DNA of 64,000 nucleotides from Octopus bimaculoides (taxonomy: Eukaryota), in NCBI RefSeq assembly GCF_001194135.2, contig NC_068982.1:167335984-167399983 (forward strand), given 5' to 3'. Every line of letters begins with the position of its first letter. Positions within the stretch are counted from its first letter, which is position 1. The notes beneath the pieces are model-generated. The model had not been told where the DNA came from. It made no database searches and was given only the letters and a program-made list of their open reading frames with translations. The translations under genes were made by a program, and so were the position numbers. Positions 48,696 through 62,220 of the stretch are shown one piece after another.

Positions 48696-51000
48696 GTAAG
48701 TTATTCTGAGTTTTTCTTTTTTTTATAATCTAGCTTATTGTGACTGTTGTAGTTTTGTTGGTGGTAGTGATTGCTATGATTGTTTTGATGATGGTATATG
48801 TTATTTTTTTCTAATGGCTTAGTTGATGGAGAAAATCCAGTGTCATGCACTTTTGTAGGATCTCCAAGTCTAATGGAGGGGAAGGAAAGACAAAAATGCT
48901 ACACATTGTTTGCTGCTAATCATTACTTTAATACCTTTTTGTAACAGTTGAAAACTGGTGCCTGCAATTGGGGGTCACCTGCAGATATGGCAGCTTCTCA
49001 AAGAACTATGTAAAGATGCTGGTCCCTAGGCTTAGGCTTCTGCGGGTGGTGGGGTGACTTTTGTATTTACTCTATAACAAGCACTTTCACTACCATAATG
49101 AAGGTGCTGTAGGAAGCAGCTTATCAAGATATCTAGTTATCTTCAGACTAGAGTTCAGGTCTGAATACTTGCAACAGAGTGGACTCTACTAAATGCACCC
49201 AAGGGCTAAGTGATAGGGTTAAACCAAGTCATGGATTACCCATAGCTTCTAGCAGACAAAAAAAATGAAACACATACACAAGATGGACGAATATAGTCAA
49301 TAACAATCAAAAAACAAGTTATTAATTTTATTGAGAAATCAATAAGAAACAAACCAATTAATCTAGCAATTCTGCTTTGCATGTGTGGTTTTGTGGTTGT
49401 TATGAGCCATGGTTGCTAAGAGCCTTCTAAGATTACTGAGCCATTTTGATAGTCTCCCTCAAGACACAATAGTATATGCCCCCTACTTTTTTGTTTTTAC
49501 ATTTCAGCTCAAAATATATTTTAATATTTTCAGTATTTTCCTTGTTTCTTTTGCTGCATACAATGGTACTGATAACAGGCAAGAAAATTCTCTGACACTT
49601 GTTCTTACTGTTATTGTTAGCATTGTTATTGTTTAGCCACAGGTCAGCTCTGATCCAGAAAATCTATGACGAGGAATGTTCCAGCTATGACACTCCTCAT
49701 CCATCTATTCAGATGGTGTATCTTGGGTCACATCATCAAATGTGTCCTTCCTCTTTCAAGACAGCTGGGTATGTGATATGAAGGAGATTTGATGGTAGTT
49801 TTTAGCAGTGTAAAGGCTTGTTTTTATTTTTTAGTGTTATTACTGCTGCTTGATAATCTAGGGTGTGGTTAGTGTCAGATAAAAACCAGAGAAAAAGTTT
49901 TATGGGTTGGTGAAGGGATTGTGAAGAGCAGGGGTGAAGTGATGGGGTGGTAGGGTTTACTGACATCAAACAATGTAAGGGGAGATGAAAGTTTTTTTTT
50001 ATTGATTTTTCAACTAAATAAATATCTTTTTTGTTTGTTATTGACTATATATTCAGTATGTGTAGTTTTATGTTTGTATTTTAATGTGTGTATATACTTG
50101 TGTGATTTAGCATTTTATAGTGATATCAGATTGTGAGTTTGTATGTGTGTACATACACATATGGTTGTATGTCTGGAGTGACCTGTGCAAATATGTGCTG
50201 TGTGCCTGTCTGTCTGTCCTGCATTTCCATTTTTATCACTTTTCCTCATTAACATAGAAATAGATTGTTTTCTGAAGCCTGATATTATTTCACAGATGTG
50301 TTTAGCCAATAATGTGTTAGTTGATTTCTGATGTTATTTTGTTATTTTCAGCATTAGCTGAATGAATTCCTCTCTTTTAAAATCTCTGCATCAACCACCT
50401 GGTATACAATATTATCAAAAATAATAGGTTTTACTGGTCAGTACAGAAATTTCGATTTGAAATTCCTAATAATAGGAGTTAATAGGAGCTTCAAGCAAAT
50501 TGTATGTCTATCCTGGAAGGATGACAAATAAATCAACATTAGTCGAACTTGATCATAGAACTCTGGTACACTCATCTAGACACAAGTATAACATTTAGTT
50601 AAGCATTCAACTGCCTTAAACTTTGATAATAATAATTTCTGGTCATTAGAACTCATCATTGGTTCAATGCCAATATTGAAGGGGAGCTGTATCATCAGTT
50701 GATGAAATCTGGTGTAATTTTGGTTTGACCAGGAATAAATGGAAAGCGAAGTAGATATTGACATACTTTGAACTCATTGTAGCAAGTCATAAAAATAACT
50801 ATTATCTCACCTATTTATGCTACCCTAATAATAAAGGTTATGATTATGATGATGATGATGGTAATTGATAATATTTCAAAAAAATTTATTGGCTGGTCTG
50901 GAGGAAGGGGTTAAGCAGGAAAAACGTTTGCAGTGGAAGAAATTCCAGAATTATGGTATTCTAGGATTGAAGGGGATGGTTGTAGAGATTAGTGTGGAAA

Positions 51001-51003
<3 letters not shown>

Positions 51004-51088
<85 letters not shown>
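51004..51088. repeat. Compound (GT)n(GA)n microsatellite, representative of dozens of di- and trinucleotide repeats in the window
   Basis: Read directly. Others include (CCA)n ~857-890, (GT)n 14828-14868, (GTA)n ~44926-44973, (GA)n ~59744-59782 and (TA)n flanking several gaps. Confidence 0.97.
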
Positions 51089-51089
<1 letters not shown>

Positions 51090-51399
51090 ATGAATTTGAG
51101 TGAAAATTTGCGGATTTGAAGTGCCTGAGTGGAAGACAACTGTGTGTGTAACAGCAGCACCATCCTAGATGTAAGAGTAGTACTCCTATTATTGTTCCTA
51201 CCCAAGTTTTGCAAAGGTTTTGCACATATTCTGTGATAAAAGGATCAGAAGAATGAAGTGTTCGAGATTGCTTGGCATTATTTTAGAGAGAATCCATATG
51301 TTGTTGGGGTGATGTGTATGGAATGATAATAGCATTCTTTCTCTTACTGATGTCAGAAAGAAAGAGGCATGGATGTGCTACAATGAGAGGCTGTTGAAT

Positions 51400-52060
51400 G
51401 TGCAGATTGTATGGGGGGTGGTGAGAGCCTATTCATGTAGACCCAGAAGAGGAACCAGCTATCCAAGTTGACAACAGTATGGTAAATTGAGGAAGTAAGG
51501 ATATGAAAACAGGAAAGCAGCTGGTCAGGGACAACTGTAGAATTATTTAGCTCAGAGTAAGTTCCTACACGTAGCATTCATCAACCTGGAAAAGGGCTTT
51601 GGTTGGGCCTTTCCCTCTGATTTGGTGATTACTAATGGAAACTAGGCTTGAAGAATGATTTGACAACAAAGGGCTTCTCCCTCTGAGTGAGAGACAGATT
51701 GTACAATGATTTCTTGCAAAGTGCAATGCTGCATGGTAAGCGAGACATGGGCCTTGACTGCAGAAGATTTGCAAAGACTAGTAAGAAATGAAGTGAGTAT
51801 ACATTGCTTGATGAGTAAAATTAGTGTGCATGAATAATGAAGTACTATAAGCTGAGAGAGAAGCTGTTTATGAGAGGAATTATTGTAGTAGGTGAGAAAG
51901 GAAATTGTGATTATACAGACATATGATGTTTATAGGGAGGGTGACAGCTGCATGCTCAAAGTGAATGGAACTTGTAGAAGATGGAGACAGAGGAGGACAT
52001 GGGACAAAATGTTGAAGACTGATTGCAAGATGTATTGTACTAAGGAAATGACAAAGGATT
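51400..52060 (+). mobile_element. Old RTE-LINE relic collapsed by several large internal deletions
   Basis: Consecutive pieces resemble EGPAIQ.D...MKTGKA, QL.E.YLA..K.L..AF..LEK, KLG.EE, KG.SL....RLY..F..SAMLHG.ETWA.TAED and EGTC.R.R...TWDK. Confidence 0.65.
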
Positions 52061-52195
52061 GTAATGCTTAACAATACAGTGTCAGAGAAAACCCATTCAT
52101 TTGTGTGAATATGGCAAAACATACAATAAAATGGGGCTAGTGATGGAGATTGGGTTCATAACATACACACACACACACACGCGTGCGCGTGCACT

Positions 52196-52422
52196 GCGAG
52201 CTGGCAGAAACGTTAGCACGCCGGGCGAAATGCTTAGCAGTATTATGTCTGCCGCTACGTTCTGAGTTCAAATTCAGCTGAGGTCGACTTTGCCTTTCAT
52301 CCTTTCGGGGTCGATTAAATAAGTACCATTTACACAATGGGGTCAATATAATCGACTTAATCCGTTTGTCTGTCCTTGTTTGTCTCCTCTGTGTGTAGCC
52401 CCTTGTAGGTAGTAAAGAAATA
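52196..52422 (+). mobile_element. SINE family B copy
   Basis: gcgagctggcagaaacgttagcacgccgggcgaaatgcttagc...gttctgagttcaaattc...agccccttgtaggtagtaaagaaataa. Confidence 0.92.
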
Positions 52423-53229
52423 ACACACACATGCACACATGCACGCATGCACATGTGAGTCTTTTACCCTATTCTTGTTAAATCTCCATCTACTGTTCCT
52501 ATTGCCTATTCAAACCACAACTAGCTAAGAAAGTTAAAACAAGAACAAATAACAAATTATCTTTGATTCACGCCTGAGGCTGAGTTGTAATGCAGTCAAA
52601 AGTTGGAGGTCAGTATGTTTTGAAGCAGTAGAAAATCACACCATGTAAATATAAACTGTATTGCAGTTATCATATCTGATATCATGTTTGGCAAAATTCT
52701 ACTGTGTGCTTTCTTGTTCTTTCTAACATAAAGTAATAATGAAAAAAGTTCTCTCTCTTTTTCTCACTCTCAACACTGATTTATGTCCGTTTATTATGAA
52801 AGACCTCACAACTTGACAAGAGATGTATTTCTGAACTGTAGTAATTTACTGCTGAATAGTTATGACTAGGAAACTCATTATGTTTTTAACTCTGGTTTCC
52901 TTAACCAGTTTTATTTTCTAAAATCTACTTTTGATTGAGTATCTTCAAACGATACATTTCTATCTTTTATGTAAATCTAAGGTTAGGCTGGCTTTGCTTG
53001 TTAGATTTTTTTCTTTCTTTTAAGTAGATTATCAAAAGTCAAGCTTGTTGGGCTAGCTACAGAAATTGTTAATATTATAAAGTTAACAGGCTGTTCATGC
53101 CATTAAAATGATTTGCTTCAGTAAATTTATCTGAAACTTTCCATTAATTGATCTCATTTTGAACAAAACATTTCAATGCAGCAATACTGAGCCAGAACAT
53201 GATTTTAGATGATGTATTATTTATTTATT

Positions 53230-53264
<35 letters not shown>

Positions 53265-54039
53265 AGGTGAGTAGAGAAGAGTATGAATTTCTTCATCCAT
53301 TTGGTTCATTGGGGCAGTGTATGTAATCATGAAAGGGTCTAACCCTCATGTTGGTAAGATTTGAATTTAGCACTGAAAATTACGAAACACCACAGATTTA
53401 TGCCTTTCTTTCCCCTCTCCTACTTCGTGCTAAGTTTTACATACTTATTGGTTCCTTCTTACAGGTAAGTGAACTGGACCATTTGGAAATAATTTGAGTC
53501 ATTGTTACATTGATGTAATATAAACTGTTGTTCTGGTTAGTAGTCTAGAACCTTGTTAGGTTGGCCATCAGACCTTTTTAGAACAATGTGCAAAGGATCA
53601 AGTGCAGATTTTAAAAAAATGTTTTTGTGTATTTTTTTAGTTTGAGGAAGGAAAGTTGTACCTATGTCCATTTAGCTTCTGTTAGAGAGAGGATTTTAAA
53701 ATGACTTTTAAAATAGCTTTTGTCAGTTATCCGCATTCTGTAGTATGAGAGGCAATGAGAAAGCTTGTTATAGATGACTAGCTTTTGAGAGCTGAGTATT
53801 ATTTTTGAGGATTTTGAATGAAGTATATATATATTGTTAATGAAGAATTTTTGGTGTACACATAAGTATCCACCCAGGTGCTATGCCTTGTTGCTTTGGC
53901 AAATTGAATTTCTTTGGGAATATCTTATATGCTGATGACGGGTTTCTCAGGTTATCATGAAGAACTGAAAAAGCTGGAAGAGTTGGTTTTGAATCCAGTG
54001 GATAAATCCTTTAACTGCAAAATTAAATTTCATGCAGCC

Positions 54040-54230
54040 CTGTACTGGTGACACATAAAAGGCACCCATGACACTCTCGGAGTAGTTGGCGTTAGAAAGG
54101 GCATCCAGCTGTAGAAGCCAAGCCCAAATCAGACTGGAGCCTGGTACAGCTCTCTGGCTTACCAGTTCCAGTCAAACCGTCTAACCCATGCCAGCATGGA
54201 AAATAGACACTAAATGAGGATGATGATTCC
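54040..54230 (+). mobile_element. RTE-LINE 3' tail fragment, preceded by a degraded ILYADD RT scrap at ~53915-53990
   Basis: ggcacccatgacactctcggagtagttggcgttagaaagggcatccagctgtag...catggaaaatagacactaaatgaggatgatgat; tatcttatatgctgatgac upstream. Confidence 0.75.
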
Positions 54231-56428
54231 AATAATGATAAATTTCTACCAAGAAAATAGAATTGGTATTTTTTGCTAGTCACATTGCCTCAATAAACTT
54301 AACATCTCAGCAAAAAACAATTTCAAACATGAAATACTTCAACAAAAGATAGATTGGAATATAAAACTGCTTTCTGCTGTTAATGGTAATGCAATTTTGA
54401 GTGAATATATAATTTCCACAGTAAAAGGGGTTAAAGGTGAATTTATATCTGTGACATACAGTAGAAAGGCTTCTGAACATCCAAGGTTAAGGACACTTTT
54501 GGTTTGGCACCTTATCATAATTAGTGGAGATGAAAGACTAGAGAAAGTTTTGCAGCCTTTCACACCTGCTCCCAAAAATGACTCCTTTGTCCTCACCTGT
54601 CAGCTTCCACTCCATTGCCAGCTCTTACCCCAGAACCTACCCCCAGCTCCCACCTCTCATCTCTGTTTACCTTCATTTCCTCTCATCTTACTATGTTTCT
54701 TCTTTAAAGTAGGGGGGGCACCCATCAATGACAGACATCACACAAAAAAAACAAAACAAAAAAAAACTAATAGTGTAAATCGAATGTCCTTACCTGATAT
54801 GTGGAGAGTTGACAAGAATTTTAATGAAAACAGTTAGACCTTAAACAGAGCATCAGCACATTAAAGTATTCAACGAAATCTCTCTATATGTTACTGGAGA
54901 AGTTAACTGCATGAGTAACCATTAGCCATATACTGCTTAGTAGACCATGGATTACTCAGATGATTCACTAAGTATTGTTACCTAGGTGACATATTTAATG
55001 CTGGAGGTAGGAGTGATTGTTGCTTGGTGTTAATGATTCATGAGTGATGGAAGTGGTTTAGGGCTTATTACCGATATTGCCAATATTTTTTGTAAACAAA
55101 GGTATCTGAGTTAAAGAAATTGAAGGAGTGAGAAGCTATTTGGCAGTGAAGAAAAAATAATGAATCTAGAAGATCTGCAGAAATTAGAGAAAAATTAGCT
55201 GATTGTAGACTGATGGACGTGCAAGTAAGTTAAACTGAATTGCAATTAAAAATGTGTGAGATGGCCACTTTAGGGGAACATTTATTAAGGCAAGCAAATG
55301 ACAATTGATAGATGGAAGAAAACAAACAAAAATTAGAGATATATAAAGAAATCATTTCTTAGATGTAAAGTAAGAAAGATCTGGGATGAACTAGACTGAG
55401 AAATGTTGATTTTACAGATGACCTGGCACACGATTATGATGTGTAGAAAGGTGACTTACCTTATTTGTGATAGTATAGGGAAATAGATGTTAAAATGATA
55501 ATAGTGATGATAACAGCAGCAGTGATGTTGGGTTTTAAAAATGGACAAAGAATAAGAAAATAAATGTGAAAGAAGATGAAAAAAATTAAAAAAGTAAAGC
55601 AACTTTATTTCTTGGAAAAATGTATTTATAGATCATTTCTTGAAAGCAGCCCAAAAAGCTAATTTTAGAGTTAATTAGATTAATTCACAAACAATATCAT
55701 TTTTTAGTATTTTTATTTTAAATATAAAGATGTTAGTCTTCATGTTTCAGTCCTATTGAGTAGGCCACTTGTAAAGTCATTCAACTGTGAGTATAGACTG
55801 AGGGAATAGATGATGGAAGTGGTAGGAGTGGTGGTTACTATTTGCCTGCACATCTCTGTCTCTCTCTCTAGCTGTCTGTTTCACTGATTTTGTCAGCTTG
55901 TCTATTTGTTTTTATTGTCTATATATTCCCCTACATGTGTTTGTATATCTTTGTATCTGATTCTATCAGTCATAATGTTTCTGATAGAACATGAATTGTC
56001 AGTTTCTTGGCTGATTCAACATATAAGGCTGCTCTGGTACTTTATAGTTAGTTATTCTAGTATGGTGGCACTGCTTTAGGTCCAAGTGTTTGCAACATGA
56101 AATCACATTTTGAATAGAATGCAAATTGCTATCCCAAATTGTCTGAGGTACAGTTCTCAAGGATAAGTTCTCCATAGAAGTTTCAGATCTCAAGCCAAAT
56201 CCAATTGAAGCCATTCTGCCACTTCAACTCAAATTGCAACATTGAACTTCCATGACCATAATATAATCGTTATGACAACATGTGTGCTGCTTTTGTGGTT
56301 TCAAAAGTCTTTTGATGTTATTGCCTCAGTGACAGTTTGGTCATTTCCAATAGAGTTGTGTCATTATGCTGAAATAGCTTTTAATTTTTAAAATCATTGT
56401 TCTGAAATCAGTGTTCTTTAAACGACTT

Positions 56429-56468
<40 letters not shown>

Positions 56469-57014
56469 TGTGTGCATATATGTTAGGAGATAATGAATTT
56501 ACCACTGCTTTGATATTTGTTTAAATTGTTTCTGTACCTCTTTGTTTTTAAATACATTGCATGTAAATGATTCTGTGTGAAAAGTTATGTAATATGTGTG
56601 ATTGAATATGTTGGAGCAGTTCTTCATCAGATTGGCATTACACTGTGCCTCTTTGCCTTGTGTGAAGAATATGCATTTGGTGTTGTTTATATAAAAAGGA
56701 AACAACAATGATTATAAAAAAAAAAAAGCTATGAGAAAGATAAAAATAACAACAATTCCAACCTTAATAAAACTAATAGTTGTGGTACAAAAGGCTTTGA
56801 TAAAACACGGGACAGTAATAAATCACAAATGTAAGTAGTGGCCAATGTAGAAAATATTATGGGGTGGGGGAGTGCACAATAATGATAATAAAATTTAAAA
56901 TAAGAATATGTACAAAAATTAAGTTAAAAAAGAATAAGAATAATAAAAGAAAATCTTTTCAATTACCATAACTGGTAAACGAGCAGTTAGTAAAAAAACA
57001 AGTTTTGGGTAATT

Positions 57015-57505
57015 TTGATGATGATAATCCTTTCTTCTATAGAGACAAAGCCTGAAATTTTGGGGAATGGGAATTAGTTGATTACATTGATCCTGGTGGT
57101 CAACTGGTTCTTATTTTATTAACCCTGAAAGGCAGTTGACCATGGCAGAATTTGAACTTAGAACAAAAAGACGGACACATTGTTCAGTGTGCTAATGATT
57201 CTGCCAGCTTGCTGCCTTAATAATAATGATATTAATAATAATAATAATAATAATAATGATGATAAACATAGTATTAATATTGGTTTCAAATTTTTGCACA
57301 AGGCCAGCAATTTTGAGGGAGTGGACGTGTTGATTACATCAATTCCAGTACTCAACTGGTGCTTATTTTATAGACCCCCCCCCCTCCCCAAGATTGAAGG
57401 CAAAGTTGACCATGGCAGAATTTGAACTCCGAACATAAAGATGGACGAAATGCTGCTAAGCATTTTACCTGGCATGCTAATGATTCTGTCAGCATGCTGC
57501 CACCT
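57015..57505 (-). mobile_element. Two head-to-tail SINE B copies separated by (AAT)n
   Basis: Two units ...caactggt(t/g)cttatttt...gaccatggcagaatttgaact...gctaatgattctg(c/t)cagc at ~57020-57215 and ~57270-57500; (AAT)n at 57218-57263. Confidence 0.8.
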
Positions 57506-57922
57506 TCAATATAATGCTAACATTAGGAAATAAATGCTAATAATAATGACAATGATGATGATGATTATAGTGGTTATAATGGTGATATGAAAAGAATAAA
57601 CAAACACTAGAGTGAAAACAATCAGTTGGAGTGTAGGTGTGTGATGGGTAAAGAGAAAAGTTAGTGGCAATAAAATTCTAGGGCAAACTATAGAGGAATG
57701 TAGTGGTGATAATGATAAAATATAATCAAATTAATGTGGACAGTTGTTGTTTGACATTCATTGCACTGGAGCATCATAAAGTGGATTGGCAGAGGATAGA
57801 CACTGACATCAAAATGTATCAGTCAAGCGCATATGTTGAGTAATGAAAGCAGGAGGATAATTATAAAAATTAAAAGGTAGAGATGTAAAAAAGTAAAACT
57901 AAAATAAATAAATATATATATA

Positions 57923-58328
57923 GGCGCAGGAGTGGCTGTGTGGTAAGTAGCTTGCTTACCAACCACATGGTTCTGGGTTCAGTCCCACTGCATGGCACTT
58001 TGGGCAAGTGTCTCCTACTATAGCCTCGGGCCGATCAAAGCCTTGTGAGTGGATTTGGTAGACGGTAACTGAAAGAAGCCCAATCGTATATATGTATATA
58101 TATATGTGTATATGTGTGTATTGGTTTGTGTGTCTGTCTTTGTCCCCCCAGCATCGCTTGACAACCGATGGTGGTGCATTTACGTCCCTGTAACTTAGCG
58201 GTTCGGCAAAAGAGACCGATAGAATAAATTCTAGGCTTCCAAAGAATAAGTCTTGGGGTCGATTTGTTTGACTAAAGGTGGTGCTCTAGCATGGCTGCAG
58301 TCAAATGACTGAAACAAGTAAAAGAGAG
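57923..58328 (+). mobile_element. Full-length SINE family A (tRNA-type head, CORE-like ttgggcaagtg segment, microsatellite middle)
   Basis: ggcgcaggagtggctgtgtggtaagtagcttgcttaccaaccacatggttctgggttcagtccc...gactgaaacaagtaaaagag. Confidence 0.94.
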
Positions 58329-59339
58329 TATATATGTATATATGGGAGAATATACAAATAATAACAAGACGAGGACAGGTGGTGTGTATATATATATATA
58401 TATATATATATGTAAATATATATATATGTATGTATATATATATATATATAACGTTGACCACTAACGTGGACATTCAATGTGCTAGAAATAGATCACATCT
58501 TGTGTCTATTAAGACCTAAATTGTTCGGCGGTGGGCAACTATGTNNNNNNNNNNNNNNNNNNNNNNNNNNNNNNNNNNNNNNNNNNNNNNNNNNNNNNNN
58601 NNNNNNNNNNNNNNNNNNNNNNNNNNNNNNNNNNNNNNNNNNNNNNNNNNTATATATATATATATATATGTAAATATATATATATGTATGTATGTTATAC
58701 ACATGCTCACACATGTACCCATACACACACACACGGTTATCATTATCTTCATCTTTGTTAGTTACTGTTCTAACAAGGTTGAACATTATAAGGGTAGGTT
58801 AGTCGTATTTCATATAAGAATTGACTTTCTATTTAGTTAGAGAGAATTGTCACCACCACCACCATCATTATTAATCCTCCCACCATCATGTTTTGCACTT
58901 AAAGAAATCTGATGTAGTCTTATTAGCTTTCACTATGCCAGTTACTTCATTGATTTTGGCTGAATATTTTGAGTAAAGTTGAAGTTGATATGCTAACTGG
59001 GACCAGGTTAGTGAGGTTAAATCTATAAGCATTGACCATAGTACATTTATATTGTTGGCAGCTGATCTCTTGCTGAGCCATATTTACACTTTAAGATTAA
59101 TTAATGAAAAAAAAAAAATCAATTGTTTGCCTTAGCTAAGTTGTGTGTGTGTGTGCATGCATACATGCACGTGCGTGTGTGTTAATTGAAAGTAAGAATA
59201 CAGTTTCACCAAAATGCCTGAAGGTGACTGATGAAAATTCTTCATATTAAGTCAGTATCTGAGGTCACAAAAGTCTAGTTGTTACAGGGAAATTCCTTTG
59301 CTCAGCTTGTAGAGTATAAAGAAGTAAGAATTTAATATT

Positions 59340-59620
59340 TCATAGTCTGTGTAAGCATTTAGTGCATGAAGGTTCTGTGAGGTTTCTGGCAAGAAATCAA
59401 GCATCAAAGAATGTACTAGGTACACTAGACTAGCTTAAAACTGCATGAGAGCAAGTATGACTTACTGATATGGATCAACTGAAGTTGTTGTTTTGGATAC
59501 TTCAGTTGAATTGTAAATGTTAGTAGTGGTGCTTATGGCGGGAGAAGCAGTATAGTTTTTAGGGAGAAGAAAAGTTTTGGAGAATTGCTACCCATGGAAG
59601 TAGTGAAAGGCACATTGATG
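59340..59620 (+). mobile_element. Very old RTE-LINE relic (PHD end and RT domain 7 region)
   Basis: tgtaagcatttagtgcatgaaggttctgtg resembles CKL.VH..C; gaagttgttg...tac resembles EVV..F.YL; ttttggagaattgctaccc resembles FRELLP. Confidence 0.5.
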
Positions 59621-59740
59621 TTGTCGTGTGCAAGAAATTGGATGCCATTTGTTTAGAGATTTGGATGGCAAATATAGAGTATCTTCTAATGACTGGGTGG
59701 AATGTTGTGTCATTTATGTTTGGTAGAGAATATTAATCTA

Positions 59741-59785
<45 letters not shown>

Positions 59786-60468
59786 GTATTTTGGGAAATC
59801 ACTAGGTATCAGTTGCTGATAGAGGTATGATAGACTGGACATTGGCTGATAGAAGACTGGACATGTCATATGCATTGATGGAGCATGCTGAGGGATAAAG
59901 AACATTGTGTGTGTGTAAGAGAGAAAGAGAGAGAAAATAGATGTGTGGATGTGTGAATATATATATGTATGTAAATTTATGTAGATGAATAGGTGTGTAT
60001 GTATGTGTGCTAGTCTATGTTTGTTCACCTAATTTAATGGAATTTTATAAAGGAACTGTGTTTGTGTGTGTGTGTGTGTTTAAAAACTATATAACTATGT
60101 AAAATGTGGTGGAACCACTTAGTTCAATTAATTAGAACATTGTTTGTAGTTACTCTTCACCTTCATATTCACTATATTTTGTTGTTGCATTTTTAATATA
60201 TATATTTTTTGTACTCACTGTCATGCTGATCAGATAGCTGTACATATCTTGCTTGTTTTTTAATATTTTTCTTGTATTTTCTCTGATTTTTCTTTTAATT
60301 TTTCAATCATCAGTTAAAAAAAATGCCTACTTCTCTTTCTTTCACTTTCTTTTATCACTTATGTCACAACTAAAATATATTTCTCTTGATAAAAATGTAA
60401 ATTTACAATGGTATTAATAGAAGAAATATGCATGTATGTATGCACAGCATGCATGCATGCGTGTGTGT

Positions 60469-60528
<60 letters not shown>

Positions 60529-60544
60529 AAGATCATTATAGTTT

Positions 60545-60880
60545 CCATGTTTGCATGAATCAGACTGGCCTTCTCCAACACAGCATCTGACCACTTGTTA
60601 GGGTCTGTTGTCCTCTACTTTGTGTGGTTCAGTCACTTGAGATTTATCTTCACTTCCTATATTTTCCTTGGTCTTCCACTTACGCAAGTTCTTTCCATTT
60701 GGATCACTTGGTACTTTCTTACCCAACTGTTATCCTCCATATATATCACATGTTCAAACCTGCTCTGGCTTCTCTCTTGCATAATACATTTCTTGTACAT
60801 CCAGATTTCTCTTGTATCCAGTTTTTCTCTCAGCTCAATTTTATTCCATTGTTCATGCTCACTAACTTAATACATCCAGC
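60545..60880 (-). mobile_element. Degraded RTE-LINE ORF2 C-terminus
   Basis: Minus strand reads MLCWMY.VSEHEQ...ELREKL...FEHVIYMEDNSWVRK....MERTC.SGRPRK. Confidence 0.7.
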
Positions 60881-60937
60881 AGAGCATACAAACGAAATGA
60901 GGACAAATATCCACAATATTCGTCAAATGTAAATAAT

Positions 60938-61040
60938 CATCATCATCATCATCATCATTTAACGTCCGCTTTCCATGCTAGCATGGGTTGGACGACTTGA
61001 CTGAGGACTGGTGAAACCGGATGGCAACACCAGGCTCCAT
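60938..61040 (-). mobile_element. RTE-LINE 3' tail fragment
   Basis: (CAT)n ttaacgtccgctttccatgctagcatgggttggacgacttgactgaggactggtgaaaccggatggcaacaccaggctcca. Confidence 0.88.
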
Positions 61041-61171
61041 ATTTTTCTTAACATTTACTGAGTATTAATTGAAACAGCTGTAAGGGATGAGGATTAATTT
61101 ACTGTTAATAATAAACAATTGTTAATTTCCCAGTCTCCATTTTCTTTTTCATCTTTTATACGAATATAAAC

Positions 61172-61218
<47 letters not shown>

Positions 61219-61313
61219 NNNNNNNNNNNNNNNNNNNNNNNNNNNNNNNNNNNNNNNNNNNNNNNNNNNNNNNNNNNNNNNNNNNNNNNNNNNNNNNNNN
61301 NNNNNNNNNNNNN

Positions 61314-61353
<40 letters not shown>

Positions 61354-61604
61354 ACATATACATACACACATACACACACACACATATACACACACAAACA
61401 GTGGGGTACATGTGTATGTTTGTAATCTCACTCAGCTCTGAAATTCTGGAACCTATCCTGCTAATATTATTTACTTGCTAAGTATTATCCAAAATAATTC
61501 TTCTGTAGTGGTCATATTCTTGTGAGTTTTCTATTTTTGTTCAATAGTTTTGATGTCTTTTATTTATATCAAGCATCTAAGAACTGCCTTGCGAAAAACC
61601 TTGC

Positions 61605-61644
<40 letters not shown>

Positions 61645-61939
61645 CAGATTTAGGGTTCTGTCAATGTGGAAAGCAGGGATGGTTTGTCTAAATGACTCAT
61701 AACACAAACATGCCAATCACTGCTACATCTAATGCAAAAATGAAAGCAAAAAAACACAACAAACAAACAAAAACCACAAAAAAAAACAAAAAAAAACAAA
61801 CAAATAGAACCCCCTCTAGATTGTATTCATCTTCTTAATGCTTGTTTTTTGTAGTAGGGTTTCCCCACCCTCATTCGTTTTGACCCCTATTTATGCAACT
61901 TTTTTTTTATTTTGCTCTTGCTAAAAGTAATTACTTAAC

Positions 61940-62220
61940 AAACCACTGCATCCACCACCACCATTTATCATTATTGGCTTCACCCTCGTTACCACCAACA
62001 TGACTATCACCCTTTACAATCACAGCTATCACATTATCTCCACCACCACCACCACCACCACCACCATTGTTATCATTATCCCCACTGTTATCATTGGCTA
62101 TTATATTTACCATTATAACCATAATCATCATGACTGCTGTTGCTATTACCTTTTCCACTCTCAGAATTATCACCTTCACCACCATTACTACCTCTATCAT
62201 CATTACTGTTATCACTGGCT
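61940..62220. repeat. CAC/CAT-rich low-complexity tract
   Basis: Runs of accaccacc and atcatc; these generate the spurious ORFs at 61931-62267. Confidence 0.85.
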
